A model generated the notes under the pieces. That model searched no databases and had not been told where the DNA came from. It saw only the letters and a list, made by a program, of their open reading frames with translations. A DNA stretch of 5,097 nt from a virus (Duplodnaviria; Heunggongvirae; Uroviricota; Caudoviricetes), in IMG/VR virus record IMGVR_UViG_2700989364_000009. The stretch is one strand, 5' to 3'. The position numbers and the translations under genes were made by a program. Shown one piece after another: positions 1 to 5,097 of the stretch; the stretch's first letter is position 1, and every line of letters starts with the position of its first letter.

Positions 1-5097
<5,097 letters not shown>

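Overview
The whole 5,097-bp window is coding sequence on the + strand for a lambdoid-phage tip attachment / host-specificity protein J homologue (central tail fibre). No rRNA, tRNA, CRISPR array, promoter or terminator is supportable from the sequence. The gene is not collinear: a 568-bp block (C) occurs four times, a 126-bp block (B) three times, and a ~585-bp block (D) twice as diverged alleles. Three rearrangement junctions split the reading into three segments: frame 1 (1-573), frame 3 (open 513-3338, first GTG at 597) and frame 2 (open from 3191, running off the 3' end). Every C block ends exactly at the left arm of a 10-bp inverted repeat (cagcacctga ... tcaggtgctg, 31-bp spacer). One junction carries that spacer in inverted orientation, a template-switch or hairpin-type signature. 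The copies are not identical: C1 and D2 are distinct alleles, C2 is a chimera, and C3 carries a cluster of four N-to-G substitutions. I cannot distinguish from sequence alone between a genuinely rearranged, probably inactivated J gene in a prophage and an assembly chimera collapsing several prophage J alleles; both readings are given in the findings. The long minus-strand ORFs are antisense shadows of J. The J identification rests on my recognition of conserved J peptide stretches, not on a database search.
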